From the NCBI GenBank assembly GCA_963741945.1, contig CAVUKA010000003.1, positions 828,489-892,488 on the forward strand: a stretch of DNA of 64,000 nucleotides, read 5' to 3'. Shown piece by piece: positions 9,767-19,327 of this stretch. Origin of the DNA: an uncultured Gemmatimonadales bacterium (GTDB lineage: Bacteria > Gemmatimonadota > Gemmatimonadetes > Longimicrobiales > RSA9). Numbering within the stretch: position 1 is the first letter of the stretch; every line of letters begins with the position of its first letter. Both the position numbers and the translations under genes were made by a program. The notes beneath the pieces were generated by a model that saw only the letters and a list, made by a program, of their open reading frames with translations, was not told the DNA's origin and did not search any database.

Positions 9767-11926
9767 GTGCCTGAAGCCACGCGCACAAAGACCCAGGCGG
9801 TGCTGACGCTGGAGATTCCCGGCGACGGCACCGCCTGGCTCGTTTTCGACGATCCTGGCAGGAAGGTCAACATCCTTTCCACGCCCGTCATGGAGCGGCT
9901 GGACGCACTGCTGGACGAGGTGAAGCGGGGTGCGGCGGCAGGCGAAGTCCGGGCGCTGGTGGTGCGGAGCGGGAAGGACGGCAGCTTCATCGCCGGGGCG
10001 GACATCGACGAGATCGTCGACATCACGGACCCGGTGGAAGGGCGGGCAAAGGCAGCGCAGGGGCAGGGCGTGTTCCAGCGTCTCGCCAGCCTCTCCATCC
10101 CCACGGTGGCGGCCGTGGACGGCACATGCGTGGGTGGCGGCACGGAGCTGATCCTTGCCTGCGACGTCCGGCTCGCCAGCGACCGAGCGGAAACCAGGAT
10201 CGGGCTGCCGGAGACCCGCCTGGGGATCCTCCCCGGCTTCGGCGGCACCACGCGCCTCCCCCGCCTGGTGGGGCTGGCGGCCGCCGCGGACATCATCCTG
10301 GCGGGAAAGTCCGTGGACGCGCGCAAGGCGCAGAAGATCGGGCTCATCGAGGAGCGCATGCACGCGGGCGTGCTCTACGACCGCGCCCGCGAAGTGGCGC
10401 TGGGCATGGCCGATGGTGGTGCTGCGCCCTCCCGGTCGAAGCCGCCGCTGCAGATGCGGCTCATGGAAGCCACGGCGCCGGGCCGGGAGCTCATCCTGAG
10501 GCAGGCCCGCAAGCAGGTCATGAAGCAGACCCGGGGGCACTACCCCGCCCCGCTCCGGGCCATCGACGTGATGCGCCGCTCCGCCGGCGCTCCCATCGGC
10601 AAGGCGCTCGCGCTGGAAGCGCAGGCGCTGGGCGAGCTCGTCGCCACACCGGAGTGCAAGAACCTGATCCGCGTCTTCCGGCTCATGGAAGGCGCGAAGA
10701 GAGCCGCGCCCGACGCGCGGCCCCGGAGCGTGGACCGGGCCGCAGTGCTCGGCGCGGGCGTGATGGGCGGCGGCATCGCGCAGCTCCTGGCCTACCACGA
10801 GATCCCCGTCCGGCTCAAGGACATCGATCGGGAGGCCCTTTCCACGGGCCTGCGCCACGCCCGCAGCATGTTCGACAAGCTGACCAGGCGGCGGAAGCTC
10901 CGGACGCGGGAGGCACGGGACCGGATGGGCACCATCGCCCCGTCGCTCGACTACACCGGCTTCGGTGCGGTGAACCTGGTGATCGAGGCCGTGGTCGAGC
11001 GGATGGACGTGAAGAAGGCGGTCCTGAGCGAGACGGAGGGGAAGGTCCGCCCCGGGACGGTGCTGGCGAGCAACACGTCGTCGCTCTCCATCACGGAAAT
11101 GGCTTCCGCCCTCGAGCGCCCCGGCGACTTCGCCGGGATGCACTTCTTCAATCCGGTGGAGAAGATGCCGCTGGTGGAAGTCATTCGCGGCGAAGCGACC
11201 TCTGACGATGCCGCGGCCACCGTGTTCGCGCTCGCGCTGCGCCTGGGCAAGACGCCCGTGCTGGTGCGCGACGGCCCGGGGTTCCTGGTGAACCGGATCC
11301 TCACGCCCTACCTCAATGAGGCCGGGTACCTGCTCGGGGAGGGGGCGTCCATCGCACAGGTCGATGAGGCGCTGGTGGACTTCGGCATGCCCATGGGCCC
11401 GCTCCGGCTGCTGGACGAAGTGGGCCTCGACATCGCCAGCCACGCAGGGGACACCATGCACGAGGCCTTCGGCGAGCGGTTCGCGCCGGCCCCGGTGCTC
11501 CAGGCGCTCGAGGGGACGGACCGGCTCGGGCGCAAGAACGCGTGCGGCTTCTACACGTACGAGGATGGGAAGGCCACGCACCCGGATCCCGGCATGTACC
11601 AGGCTTTCGGCGCGGTGCCCCCCGGCGGACGGGCCGCCCCTCCACCGGCCACGATCGTCGATCGCACGATCCTCCCCATGATCAACGAGGCCGCCCGCAT
11701 CCTCGACGAGGGGATCGCCCGCTCCGCCGACGACGTGGACCTCGCCATGATCACGGGCACCGGCTTCCCGCCGTTCCGGGGCGGCCTGCTGCGCTATGCC
11801 GACGAGCGGGGCCTGGACGGGATCGTCGCGCGGCTAAGGGAGCTGGCCGCCCGGTTCGGCGCGCGCTACGAGCCCGCGCCGCTCCTGGTCCGGAAGGCCG
11901 AAGCCGGCGAGAGGTTCGTCGTCTGA
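9767..11926 (+). CDS. fadJ: Fatty-acid oxidation multifunctional enzyme (enoyl-CoA hydratase/3-hydroxyacyl-CoA dehydrogenase, FadJ/FadB-like)
   Basis: 'FIAGADI', 'GGGTEL', 'GAGVMGGGIA', 'ASNTSSL', 'GMHFFNPV'. Confidence 0.9.
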   Translation: MPEATRTKTQAVLTLEIPGDGTAWLVFDDPGRKVNILSTPVMERLDALLDEVKRGAAAGEVRALVVRSGKDGSFIAGADIDEIVDITDPVEGRAKAAQGQGVFQRLASLSIPTVAAVDGTCVGGGTELILACDVRLASDRAETRIGLPETRLGILPGFGGTTRLPRLVGLAAAADIILAGKSVDARKAQKIGLIEERMHAGVLYDRAREVALGMADGGAAPSRSKPPLQMRLMEATAPGRELILRQARKQVMKQTRGHYPAPLRAIDVMRRSAGAPIGKALALEAQALGELVATPECKNLIRVFRLMEGAKRAAPDARPRSVDRAAVLGAGVMGGGIAQLLAYHEIPVRLKDIDREALSTGLRHARSMFDKLTRRRKLRTREARDRMGTIAPSLDYTGFGAVNLVIEAVVERMDVKKAVLSETEGKVRPGTVLASNTSSLSITEMASALERPGDFAGMHFFNPVEKMPLVEVIRGEATSDDAAATVFALALRLGKTPVLVRDGPGFLVNRILTPYLNEAGYLLGEGASIAQVDEALVDFGMPMGPLRLLDEVGLDIASHAGDTMHEAFGERFAPAPVLQALEGTDRLGRKNACGFYTYEDGKATHPDPGMYQAFGAVPPGGRAAPPPATIVDRTILPMINEAARILDEGIARSADDVDLAMITGTGFPPFRGGLLRYADERGLDGIVARLRELAARFGARYEPAPLLVRKAEAGERFVV

Positions 11927-12471
11927 CCGATCTGCCGCTCCCCCGCCCGGTCGAGATCCACTACCTGCGCCCGCCCGACCGCGCGCAGCTGTTCTCCCAG
12001 ACCCTCGTCCACGAAGGCGACGCCCTGGTCACGTACCTCCCCGCCGCGGGCGTGTCCCGGCCCACCGTGGTGAACGGGCAGACCGTGCTGGAGGCGGCGT
12101 CGCCCGTGGTCTGGCTCACGTTCCCCGGTCGGGCCCACGACATCGGCCGGTTCCACACCCCTGACGGCCGCTTCACCGGCTACTACGCCAACATCCTCAC
12201 GCCGGTCGCAGTGGAGCGGCGGGCGGCCGGCGACGTATGGCGCACCACCGACCTGTTCCTCGACGTTTTCCTGACCCCCGGCGGCGAGGCGTTCGTGCTG
12301 GACCGTGACGAGCTGGAGGAGGCCATCGCCGCCGGCTGGGTGGACGCGGAAACGGCGAGACGCGCCGAGCGCGAAGCCGCGACGCTGGTGCGGTCGGCCC
12401 GGGAGGGGAGCTGGCCGCCGGCCGTGGCGCGGGAGTGGACGCTGGAGCGGGCGAGGCGGGCGGCGCAGTGA
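11923..12471 (+). CDS. DUF402 family protein (start uncertain)
   Basis: 'GYYANILTP...TDLFLDV...LDRDELEEA' is typical of DUF402; the frame overlaps the fadJ stop. Confidence 0.7.
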   Translation: MTDLPLPRPVEIHYLRPPDRAQLFSQTLVHEGDALVTYLPAAGVSRPTVVNGQTVLEAASPVVWLTFPGRAHDIGRFHTPDGRFTGYYANILTPVAVERRAAGDVWRTTDLFLDVFLTPGGEAFVLDRDELEEAIAAGWVDAETARRAEREAATLVRSAREGSWPPAVAREWTLERARRAAQ

Positions 12472-12592
12472 GCCCGAGCGGCTTCCGGATCCAGGGGCAG
12501 ACGCCAAGCACGGTCCGGAAAAGGGGATCGGCCATCGTCGCACGGTGTAACGAAGCCGATCAGGAACCCGACGGAGTGGAGACGACACGACG

Positions 12593-13306
12593 ATGATGGG
12601 ACGGAAGCTGACCGGCCTGCTGGCGCTCGGCGCCGCACTGGGCCTATTCGTACCGGCCACCCTGGTGGCGCAGTCCGAGGCGGGGGCGGCGGGTGCCGAG
12701 AGCGCGCTGATCGAGCGGGCGCTGGCCAGCCGCACGGCGGGGCCCGACAGCGCCGCCGTGGTGGTGTTCGAGATCGCCGACTTCCAGTGTCCGTACTGCG
12801 CCCAGTTCGCTACCACCGTGGGCCCGCAGGTGATGGACCGGTACGTCCGCAGCGGGAACGTGCAGTGGGTGTTCGTGAACATGCCCCTGCACAGCCATCC
12901 GCTGGCCTGGGGCGCGGCTGAAGCGGCGCTCTGCACCGGCGCGGCCGGGGGCGATTTCTGGGCCATGCACGACCGGCTCTACGGCCAGCAGCGCGCCTGG
13001 ACGAACCTGGACGACCCGTCGGATCAGTTCGCCCGCATGGCCACCGATGCTGGCGCGTCACCGGGCGCCTACGCCACCTGCGTCGCACGCGACCAGGTGG
13101 CCTCCCTCATCCTGCAGGACTTCGGCTCGGCCGTGAGCGCGGGGATCAACGGCACGCCCACGTTCGTGATCACCCACAAGCAGCAGGTGCTGGACCAGAT
13201 GGTGGGCGTCCAGACGATCAAGACCTGGACGAACGTCCTCGACCTCGCGCTCCAGGGGAAGTCCGCCCAGCGCCCCGCCGCCGACTCCGCTGGATCCGGG
13301 GGCTGA
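12593..13306 (+). CDS. DsbA family thiol-disulfide oxidoreductase
   Basis: Signal peptide, 'DFQCPYC', 'GTPTF'. Confidence 0.9.
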   Translation: MMGRKLTGLLALGAALGLFVPATLVAQSEAGAAGAESALIERALASRTAGPDSAAVVVFEIADFQCPYCAQFATTVGPQVMDRYVRSGNVQWVFVNMPLHSHPLAWGAAEAALCTGAAGGDFWAMHDRLYGQQRAWTNLDDPSDQFARMATDAGASPGAYATCVARDQVASLILQDFGSAVSAGINGTPTFVITHKQQVLDQMVGVQTIKTWTNVLDLALQGKSAQRPAADSAGSGG

Positions 13307-13360
13307 GCCGGCTCCGGGGGCTGAACCGGCTCCGGGCGGCTGAACCGGGTCCGGGCGGCG
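13290..13360. repeat. Short tandem repeat, about 18-19 bp, 3-4 copies (CTGARCCGGSTCCGGGSG)
   Basis: ctgagccggctccggggg / ctgaaccggctccgggcgg / ctgaaccgggtccgggcgg, between convergent genes. Confidence 0.7.
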
Positions 13361-13430
13361 AGCGACGGGGGCGCGGGCCGGGCTGACAGCTCGCCGCGCC
13401 TTCGCGTGGGGCGATGTGCTTCGCGCGCCC

Positions 13431-13874
13431 TCAGCTCTCCCGGCGCCGCCGCAGGCGCCCCACTTCGGGGAGCGCGGCAATGAAAGCGAGGGTCGAGACG
13501 GTGGCGGAGCCGATGCACCAGCGGCACCAGGCCCCGATCACCCATTCCTCGAGGGCGCTCAGATAGAGCGTGAAGACGAACGCCACGCCGGTGAGCGTGA
13601 CGAGCGCGGTGGAGACCCACGCGCGCTCGGCCAGACCGGCCCGCGTTCCGGCGAGTGCCACGACCAGGATGGCGATGTAGCCGGCGAGGCCCAGGGCGGC
13701 GACGGGAATGCCGGCGAACATGGCATAGCGGGAGGCCTGCACGGTCTCGCAGCCGCCGCCGACGCCACAGATCACGGTGGGGATCAGGCCGAGCTTGTAC
13801 AGCAGGAGGTAGCCGGCAATGAAGATCCCGGCCATGGCGAGCACCGCGATGGCCTGGCGATTGACGAGGTTCAT
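13431..13874 (-). CDS. Vitamin K epoxide reductase (VKOR) family membrane protein
   Basis: 'C-GVGGG-CETVQASRYA', TM helices, 'WCRWC'. Confidence 0.92.
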   Translation of the reverse strand: MNLVNRQAIAVLAMAGIFIAGYLLLYKLGLIPTVICGVGGGCETVQASRYAMFAGIPVAALGLAGYIAILVVALAGTRAGLAERAWVSTALVTLTGVAFVFTLYLSALEEWVIGAWCRWCIGSATVSTLAFIAALPEVGRLRRRRES

Positions 13875-14629
13875 TGGCCCGGGGTCGCTGCCTCCGCGGC
13901 AGTGGAGTCGAGGACCCGGAGCAGGTTGCGCTCCATGTCGCCCACGGTCCGGCCGCCGACCTGTCGATTGTTGACGAGCACGGTGGGCGTGCTGTTGACG
14001 CCCAGCTGTTCGCCGACCATGCGGTTGGCCGTGACCACCTGCGCGTACTGGTCGCTCTTCAGGCAGCGCTCGAACGCGCCCGCGTCCAGCCCGATCGCCT
14101 TCGCGTAGCCGACGAACGTGTCCTCCACGTCCCGCTGCGCGCTCCAGTTGGGCTGCTCCTGGAAGAGCTTCTCGTGCATGGGCCAGTACCCGCTCTCGCC
14201 GTTCAGCTGCTGGGCGCCGGCGCAGCGCGCGGCGCGCGCGGCCAGGAAGGAGTGGATGTGGGTGCCGCCGAGGGGGAAGTCGTAGAAGATCAGCTCGGCC
14301 TCACCGCGATCGATGTACGGCATGAGCTTCGGCCGCACCTCGAGCGAGAACTCCCGGCACGCGGGGCACATGAAGTCGGCGAACTCGACGATCTTGATCG
14401 GCGCGTTCTCGTTTCCAATGCGGACCGGCGTGGCCTGCTCGTACAGCGCACGCGCATCGGACGCGTCCAGCTCCACGGGCTCCGTGGCGGCCGTGCCGCC
14501 TCCACCCGTGAGCGCGTACCCCAGGGCGGCCAGGCCGATGACGGCGACCACCGCCAGCACGGCATAGAAAATCCCGTTCCCCCCGCCACCCTTCTGGGCG
14601 GGCGACCCCTTCCGCTGTCTCTGCGCCAC
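13871..14629 (-). CDS. DsbA family protein, membrane anchored
   Basis: 'EFADFMCPAC', 'NSTPT'; ATGA overlap with the VKOR gene. Confidence 0.92.
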   Translation of the reverse strand: MAQRQRKGSPAQKGGGGNGIFYAVLAVVAVIGLAALGYALTGGGGTAATEPVELDASDARALYEQATPVRIGNENAPIKIVEFADFMCPACREFSLEVRPKLMPYIDRGEAELIFYDFPLGGTHIHSFLAARAARCAGAQQLNGESGYWPMHEKLFQEQPNWSAQRDVEDTFVGYAKAIGLDAGAFERCLKSDQYAQVVTANRMVGEQLGVNSTPTVLVNNRQVGGRTVGDMERNLLRVLDSTAAEAATPGQ

Positions 14630-14738
14630 GCTCGACCCCCTCGCTGTGTTGCGGCTCGTTACGCCCTCGCTGATACACGCCGGAAGATGACGGGGTTTCC
14701 GGGTGGGTCAAGGGCGGCGGACCACCCGGCCCGGTCGC

Positions 14739-15428
14739 TCAGCCCACCGTGGCGAGAAGCGCGTCCGTATCCCGCAGGTCGGTCAGGACCACATCGGCGC
14801 CAGCCTCCTCGAGCTCGGCCACGCTGTGCTTCCCGGTGGCCACGGCCACGGCCCACACACCCAGCTCGCGGCCGCACGTCACGTCGAACGGCGTGTCCCC
14901 GATGATGACGATGTCGCGACCGCGAAAGTCGATGCCCGTGCGCTCCTTCGCTCGCCGGACCGCCACGGCGGGGAGCCGGTCCCGGCGCTCGTGGTCGGAG
15001 CCGAACGCGCCGAAGTCGAAGCGCTTCCAGAGGTCCACGGCGCCCAGCTTCAGCCGGGCCCCGGGCGCGATGTTCCCGGTGAGGAGGGCCACCAGGTGGT
15101 CGCCCGTCTGGTGCAGCCGGTCGAGTGCGGTGTAGACGCCGGGCAGGACGCGCGTGTCGGCGTCCGGCCGCGCCAGCTCCACTTTCAGCTCGCGCAGGTA
15201 CGCCTCCCAGAGGAGCGGGAGGGCGGGGTCGATACGCGCGTCCTCGAAGCCGGCCATGTGGAGCAGCTCGCGGGCGATCTGCGGGTCGGTCCGGCCATGG
15301 AAGTCGTACGTGTCCATGGGCCCCGTCTCGCCATAGACCTGGAGCATGGCTCGTCGGAAGGAGCGCGACCCGGCCCCGTGCGTGTTGACCAGCGTGCCGT
15401 CGATATCGAACAGGACCAGCTTCCGCAC
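14739..15428 (-). CDS. HAD-superfamily hydrolase
   Basis: 'LFDIDGTL', 'LLTGN', 'IIGDTPFD'. Confidence 0.92.
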   Translation of the reverse strand: MRKLVLFDIDGTLVNTHGAGSRSFRRAMLQVYGETGPMDTYDFHGRTDPQIARELLHMAGFEDARIDPALPLLWEAYLRELKVELARPDADTRVLPGVYTALDRLHQTGDHLVALLTGNIAPGARLKLGAVDLWKRFDFGAFGSDHERRDRLPAVAVRRAKERTGIDFRGRDIVIIGDTPFDVTCGRELGVWAVAVATGKHSVAELEEAGADVVLTDLRDTDALLATVG

Positions 15429-15431
15429 CGC

Positions 15432-16361
15432 TCAGCTCCCGTCCACGGCCCGCTCGATGGCCTCGGCCATGGCATCGGCCGCGAGTGCGCCAAGGGCGAG
15501 GAGAAGTCCCGGCTCCACGGGCGACGCCGATTCGGCGGTGGACACGGCGAACGTGACGTCGCCATCGAACGGCGTGTGCGCGGGGAAGATGCGCCGTGCC
15601 TGCGCCGCGGACCCCGCCCGCGCCAGCGACTGCAGCGCCGGCCGCGTCAGCGGCGCGTCCGTGGCGATCACGCACAGCGTGGTGTTCGTCCCCGGCACCG
15701 CCCCGCCCAGGGGCGCGCCGGCCTCCCCGCCGCGGAGGAGGGCGACGGCATCGACGAAGCCGCCATCGTCGCCCCGTGCCCCCGCCAGGATCCGGCCCCG
15801 GGCGTCCCGCACGTCGCCCAGCGCGTTCACCACCGCGAGCGCACCCACCGTGTAGCCGAGCGCCCGCAGCGATGCCGTACCCACGCCCCCGGGCGACACC
15901 CGGTCCGGGCCCAGGAGCTTGCCGACCGTTGCGCCCGTCCCCGCGCCCACGCGCCCTTCCGCCACGTCCGCCCCCGCGGCCTCGCACGCCGCCCTGCCCG
16001 CGGCCGCGTCCGGGCGCCGGTCCGGGCGGCCGGCCGCCAGGTCGAAGATCACGGCCGCCGGAACGATGGGGACGCGGGCGACCCCGGTGTCGAACCCCTG
16101 CCCGGCTTCTTCCAGCCACGCCGCCACGCCGTCCGCCGCCGCGAGCCCGAACGCCGAGCCGCCGGTGAGGAGGATGGCGTCCGCGCGCTCCACCAGGTGC
16201 AGATGCGAGATGGCCTCCAGCTCGCGCGTGCCCGTGGCCGTGCCGCGCACGTCGCAGCCCGCGCGGAACGGCCCGAGGACCACGGTGCACCCGGTGCGCG
16301 CGTCGGGATCGGTGGCGTGCCCGACGCGGATCCCCGGGACATCGGTGATCCGGCCGCTCAT
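15432..16361 (-). CDS. Peptidase S58/P1 (DmpA-like) family
   Basis: 'ITDVPGIRVGH', 'GGSAFGLAAADG', 'NTTL', 'HTPFDGD'. Confidence 0.9.
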   Translation of the reverse strand: MSGRITDVPGIRVGHATDPDARTGCTVVLGPFRAGCDVRGTATGTRELEAISHLHLVERADAILLTGGSAFGLAAADGVAAWLEEAGQGFDTGVARVPIVPAAVIFDLAAGRPDRRPDAAAGRAACEAAGADVAEGRVGAGTGATVGKLLGPDRVSPGGVGTASLRALGYTVGALAVVNALGDVRDARGRILAGARGDDGGFVDAVALLRGGEAGAPLGGAVPGTNTTLCVIATDAPLTRPALQSLARAGSAAQARRIFPAHTPFDGDVTFAVSTAESASPVEPGLLLALGALAADAMAEAIERAVDGS

Positions 16362-16416
16362 GCCCCGGCCGTCGGAACGCCGGCGCAAGCCGGCCGGAAC
16401 AGCGTCGCCTCCCGAC

Positions 16417-17163
16417 TCACCGGGCGGCGCGGGCGGCGCGCACCGCTTCCGCGAACGCGGTCATGAGGCGGATGTTGGGATCGGTGTTCTCCGCCTCCGC
16501 TTCCAGCCGTTCCGGGTGCCACTGGACGCCCAACACCCAGTCGCGCCCGGTGTGCTCGATCCCTTCCACCAGCCCGTCCGCGGCGCGGGCGGTGCACCGC
16601 AGCCCTTCGCCCAGGTCCTTCACGGCCTGGTGATGGAACGAGTTGATCTCCAGCGGCGCGCACTCCCCCAGGATCTCATACAGCCGGCTGTCTGGCGTGC
16701 AGTCCACGGTGTGGTGGTGCTGACCCCACGGCTCTTCCTGGTAGTGCGTGACCTGCTCGCCACGCTGGGTGGGCAGGTCCTGGTACAGCGTGCCGCCGAA
16801 ATAGACGTTCAGGACCTGCATCCCGCGGCAGATGCCCATCACGGGGATGTTCTCCGCCATGGCCGCATCCAGCGCCGTCCACTCGGCGGCATCGCGCGCG
16901 GGATTCACCACGTCGAGCTCGGGCACCGGCTTCTCGCCATACCTCGCGGGCACGATGTCCTCGCCGCCCGTGAGCAGCAGCCCGGACGCGATGCCCACCA
17001 GCTCGGCGATGGCCTCGGGGTCGTGGGCGGGCGTGACCAGGACGGGAGTGAGCCCCACGCGCGCCAGGAGGCGGAGATAATTGGAGTAGATCTCCACCCG
17101 CGGCTGGCGATCGCGGCCGCCCTGCGGATTGAGTGTGGTGGTCAGTGCGACGAACGGTTCCAT
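16417..17163 (-). CDS. Peptidase C26 / gamma-glutamyl-gamma-aminobutyrate hydrolase-like
   Basis: 'LLTGGEDI', 'GICRGMQ', 'NSFHHQAV', 'VQWHPE'. Confidence 0.92.
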   Translation of the reverse strand: MEPFVALTTTLNPQGGRDRQPRVEIYSNYLRLLARVGLTPVLVTPAHDPEAIAELVGIASGLLLTGGEDIVPARYGEKPVPELDVVNPARDAAEWTALDAAMAENIPVMGICRGMQVLNVYFGGTLYQDLPTQRGEQVTHYQEEPWGQHHHTVDCTPDSRLYEILGECAPLEINSFHHQAVKDLGEGLRCTARAADGLVEGIEHTGRDWVLGVQWHPERLEAEAENTDPNIRLMTAFAEAVRAARAAR

Positions 17164-18311
17164 GGCCTCGTTGTTCTCGTGCTCGATTCCGGAGCCACCG
17201 GTGCGGCTCCGCCCCGGGCGACGACCCCCAGCAAGAGCTGTCCCACCCGGTCATTGTCGACCACCCCGCCGAACGCGGCCGCGCCGGGGCCGCGAGCGAA
17301 CAGCGGGACCAGGGACGCCGTGTGGCCGGTGGTGGTGTAGTGCGCGCCGAACGTTCCCATCGGGTCGGCGTGGAGCGCCAGCCCGCCGGTGTTGTGGTCG
17401 GCCAGCACCACGATCAGCGTGTTCGGGTGCTCCTCCTGGTACGCCAGCGCGCGGCGGATGGACAGGTCGAGGTCCAGCACTTCGGCGATGACCTCCTGGA
17501 GCGGCGCGTTCTCGTGTCCGCGCCAGTCGATCTGCGAACCCTCCACCAGCAGGAAGAAGCCCCGGTCCTGGTGCGACAGCACCCGCAGCGCCGATCCCGT
17601 CATCTCGGGCAGCGAGGGCTTCCGCTCCGTGGCCGTGCCGGGATTGTTCTCGGAGAACAGCCCCACCAGCGACCGGATCGTGTCGGGGTCCAGCGCGGCG
17701 AACGTCTCCGGCGAGTCCACGAACACGGACCGGCCGCGGAAGGCCGCCAGCAGGTCCAGCTGGTCCGCACGCCGGGTGGGGTCGAAATACTGGCGACCAC
17801 CGCCCAGCAGCACCGTGGGCGCCAGCTTCGCGATCTGCGCCGCGATCTCCCAGTGCTCGTTCCGGCTGGCTACGTGGGCGAGGAACGCGGCCGGCGTGGC
17901 GTGCGTCACGGTGGCCGTCACCACCACGCCGGTGCCCATCCCGTTCTTCTGCGCCACTTCCAGAACGGTCGGGAGCGGCGTCGTGTCGGTCGACACGGCG
18001 ATCCCGCCGTTGTACGTCCGCTGCCCGGTGGAGAACGCGGTCGCGCCCGCGGCGCTGTCGGTGACCCGGCTGTCCGCGCTCTGCGTGGTCATCAGCCCGA
18101 TGGTCGGGAAGCGGTCGATCGCCAGATCCGACGTCGCCAGCTTCGCGGCCGTCCAGTACGCCAGCCCTGCTCCGTCGGCGACGAAGAGCACCACGCTGAA
18201 CGGCCCCCCTGCCGCCGGTGTCGGGGGCGGGGCGGGCCGCGCGGGCGGGCCGCACGCCGCGGCCGTGAGGAGGGCGAGGAGGGCGGCGCTGCGGCGTATC
18301 CGGAGTTTCAC
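17142..18311 (-). CDS. Alkaline phosphatase (lipoprotein)
   Basis: 'FVADGAG', 'VTDSAAGAT', 'HATPAAF', 'VEGSQIDWRGH', 'ADH'; lipobox 'TAAAC'; GTG start inferred. Confidence 0.88.
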   Translation of the reverse strand: MKLRIRRSAALLALLTAAACGPPARPAPPPTPAAGGPFSVVLFVADGAGLAYWTAAKLATSDLAIDRFPTIGLMTTQSADSRVTDSAAGATAFSTGQRTYNGGIAVSTDTTPLPTVLEVAQKNGMGTGVVVTATVTHATPAAFLAHVASRNEHWEIAAQIAKLAPTVLLGGGRQYFDPTRRADQLDLLAAFRGRSVFVDSPETFAALDPDTIRSLVGLFSENNPGTATERKPSLPEMTGSALRVLSHQDRGFFLLVEGSQIDWRGHENAPLQEVIAEVLDLDLSIRRALAYQEEHPNTLIVVLADHNTGGLALHADPMGTFGAHYTTTGHTASLVPLFARGPGAAAFGGVVDNDRVGQLLLGVVARGGAAPVAPESSTRTTRPWNRSSH

Positions 18312-18334
18312 GGGTCCGTTCGGTTCCTGGTGGC

Positions 18335-19327
18335 TCAGCGCGCGGCCAGCAGCTCCGGCACGCGCGAGGGGTCGATGTTCCCGCCGGAGATCACGGCAGC
18401 CGCGGCCCCGCCGGACCACGCCCCCGACTCCAGCGCGGCGACGGTGGCCGCGCCGGAATACTCGACCAGCAGCTTGCCCCGCGCCAGCAGGCGACCGGCC
18501 GCGGCGCGGATCGCGTCGTCATCCACGAGCACCACGTCGTCCACCAGCGCGCGGGCGTGGGCGAACGTGAGCGCGCCCACGCGGACCGGGAGCAGCCCGT
18601 CGGCGATGCTGTCCGTGGCATCCAGCGTCACCAGCTCGCCGGCGTCGAGAGAGCGACGCATGGCCGCGGAGCCCGTGGGCTCCACCCCCACCACCGCCAC
18701 TCCGGGGCGGAGCCGCTTCACCGCCGCAGCAACGCCGCTCAGCAGCCCGCCCCCGCCGATCGGAACCAGGATCGCCTCCACGCCAGGCCAGTCCTCCACG
18801 ATCTCCAGCCCGACCGTCCCCTGCCCCGCGATGATGTCCGGATGGTCGAACGGCGGGATCATGACCATGCCCCGCCGCTCCTGCTCCCGCTCCGCACGCG
18901 CCCGCCGCTCCTCCGACGTGGTCCCCTCCATCACCACTTCCGCCCCCAGACGCTTCGTCCCTTCCACTTTCACTGCCGGCGCGTTCACCGGCATGACGAT
19001 GAGCGCCGGGACCCCGAACCGACGCGCCGCGTACGCCACGGCCTGGGCGTGGTTCCCGCTGGAGTAGGTGATGACGCCGCGGGCCCGCTCCTCCGCCGAA
19101 AGCCGGGAGACCATGGTGTACGCGCCCCGGAGCTTGAACGCGCCGATCGGCTGGAACGACTCGCACTTCAGCCGCACTTCGCTCCCCACCACCTCCGTGA
19201 CCCACGGCGCCGGGAGCAGCGGAGTGCGCACCGCCACACCTTCCAGGCCGCGGGCGGCGGCGAGGATCGAGTCGAGCGTGACCAGCTCCGCGGCCGTAGC
19301 GGCCGGGCCCCCGGACGCGGGACTCAC
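18335..19327 (-). CDS. PLP-dependent threonine/serine dehydratase (serine racemase-like)
   Basis: 'GAFKLRGA', 'SSGNHAQ', 'PIGGGGL', 'SGGN'. Confidence 0.92.
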   Translation of the reverse strand: MSPASGGPAATAAELVTLDSILAAARGLEGVAVRTPLLPAPWVTEVVGSEVRLKCESFQPIGAFKLRGAYTMVSRLSAEERARGVITYSSGNHAQAVAYAARRFGVPALIVMPVNAPAVKVEGTKRLGAEVVMEGTTSEERRARAEREQERRGMVMIPPFDHPDIIAGQGTVGLEIVEDWPGVEAILVPIGGGGLLSGVAAAVKRLRPGVAVVGVEPTGSAAMRRSLDAGELVTLDATDSIADGLLPVRVGALTFAHARALVDDVVLVDDDAIRAAAGRLLARGKLLVEYSGAATVAALESGAWSGGAAAAVISGGNIDPSRVPELLAAR

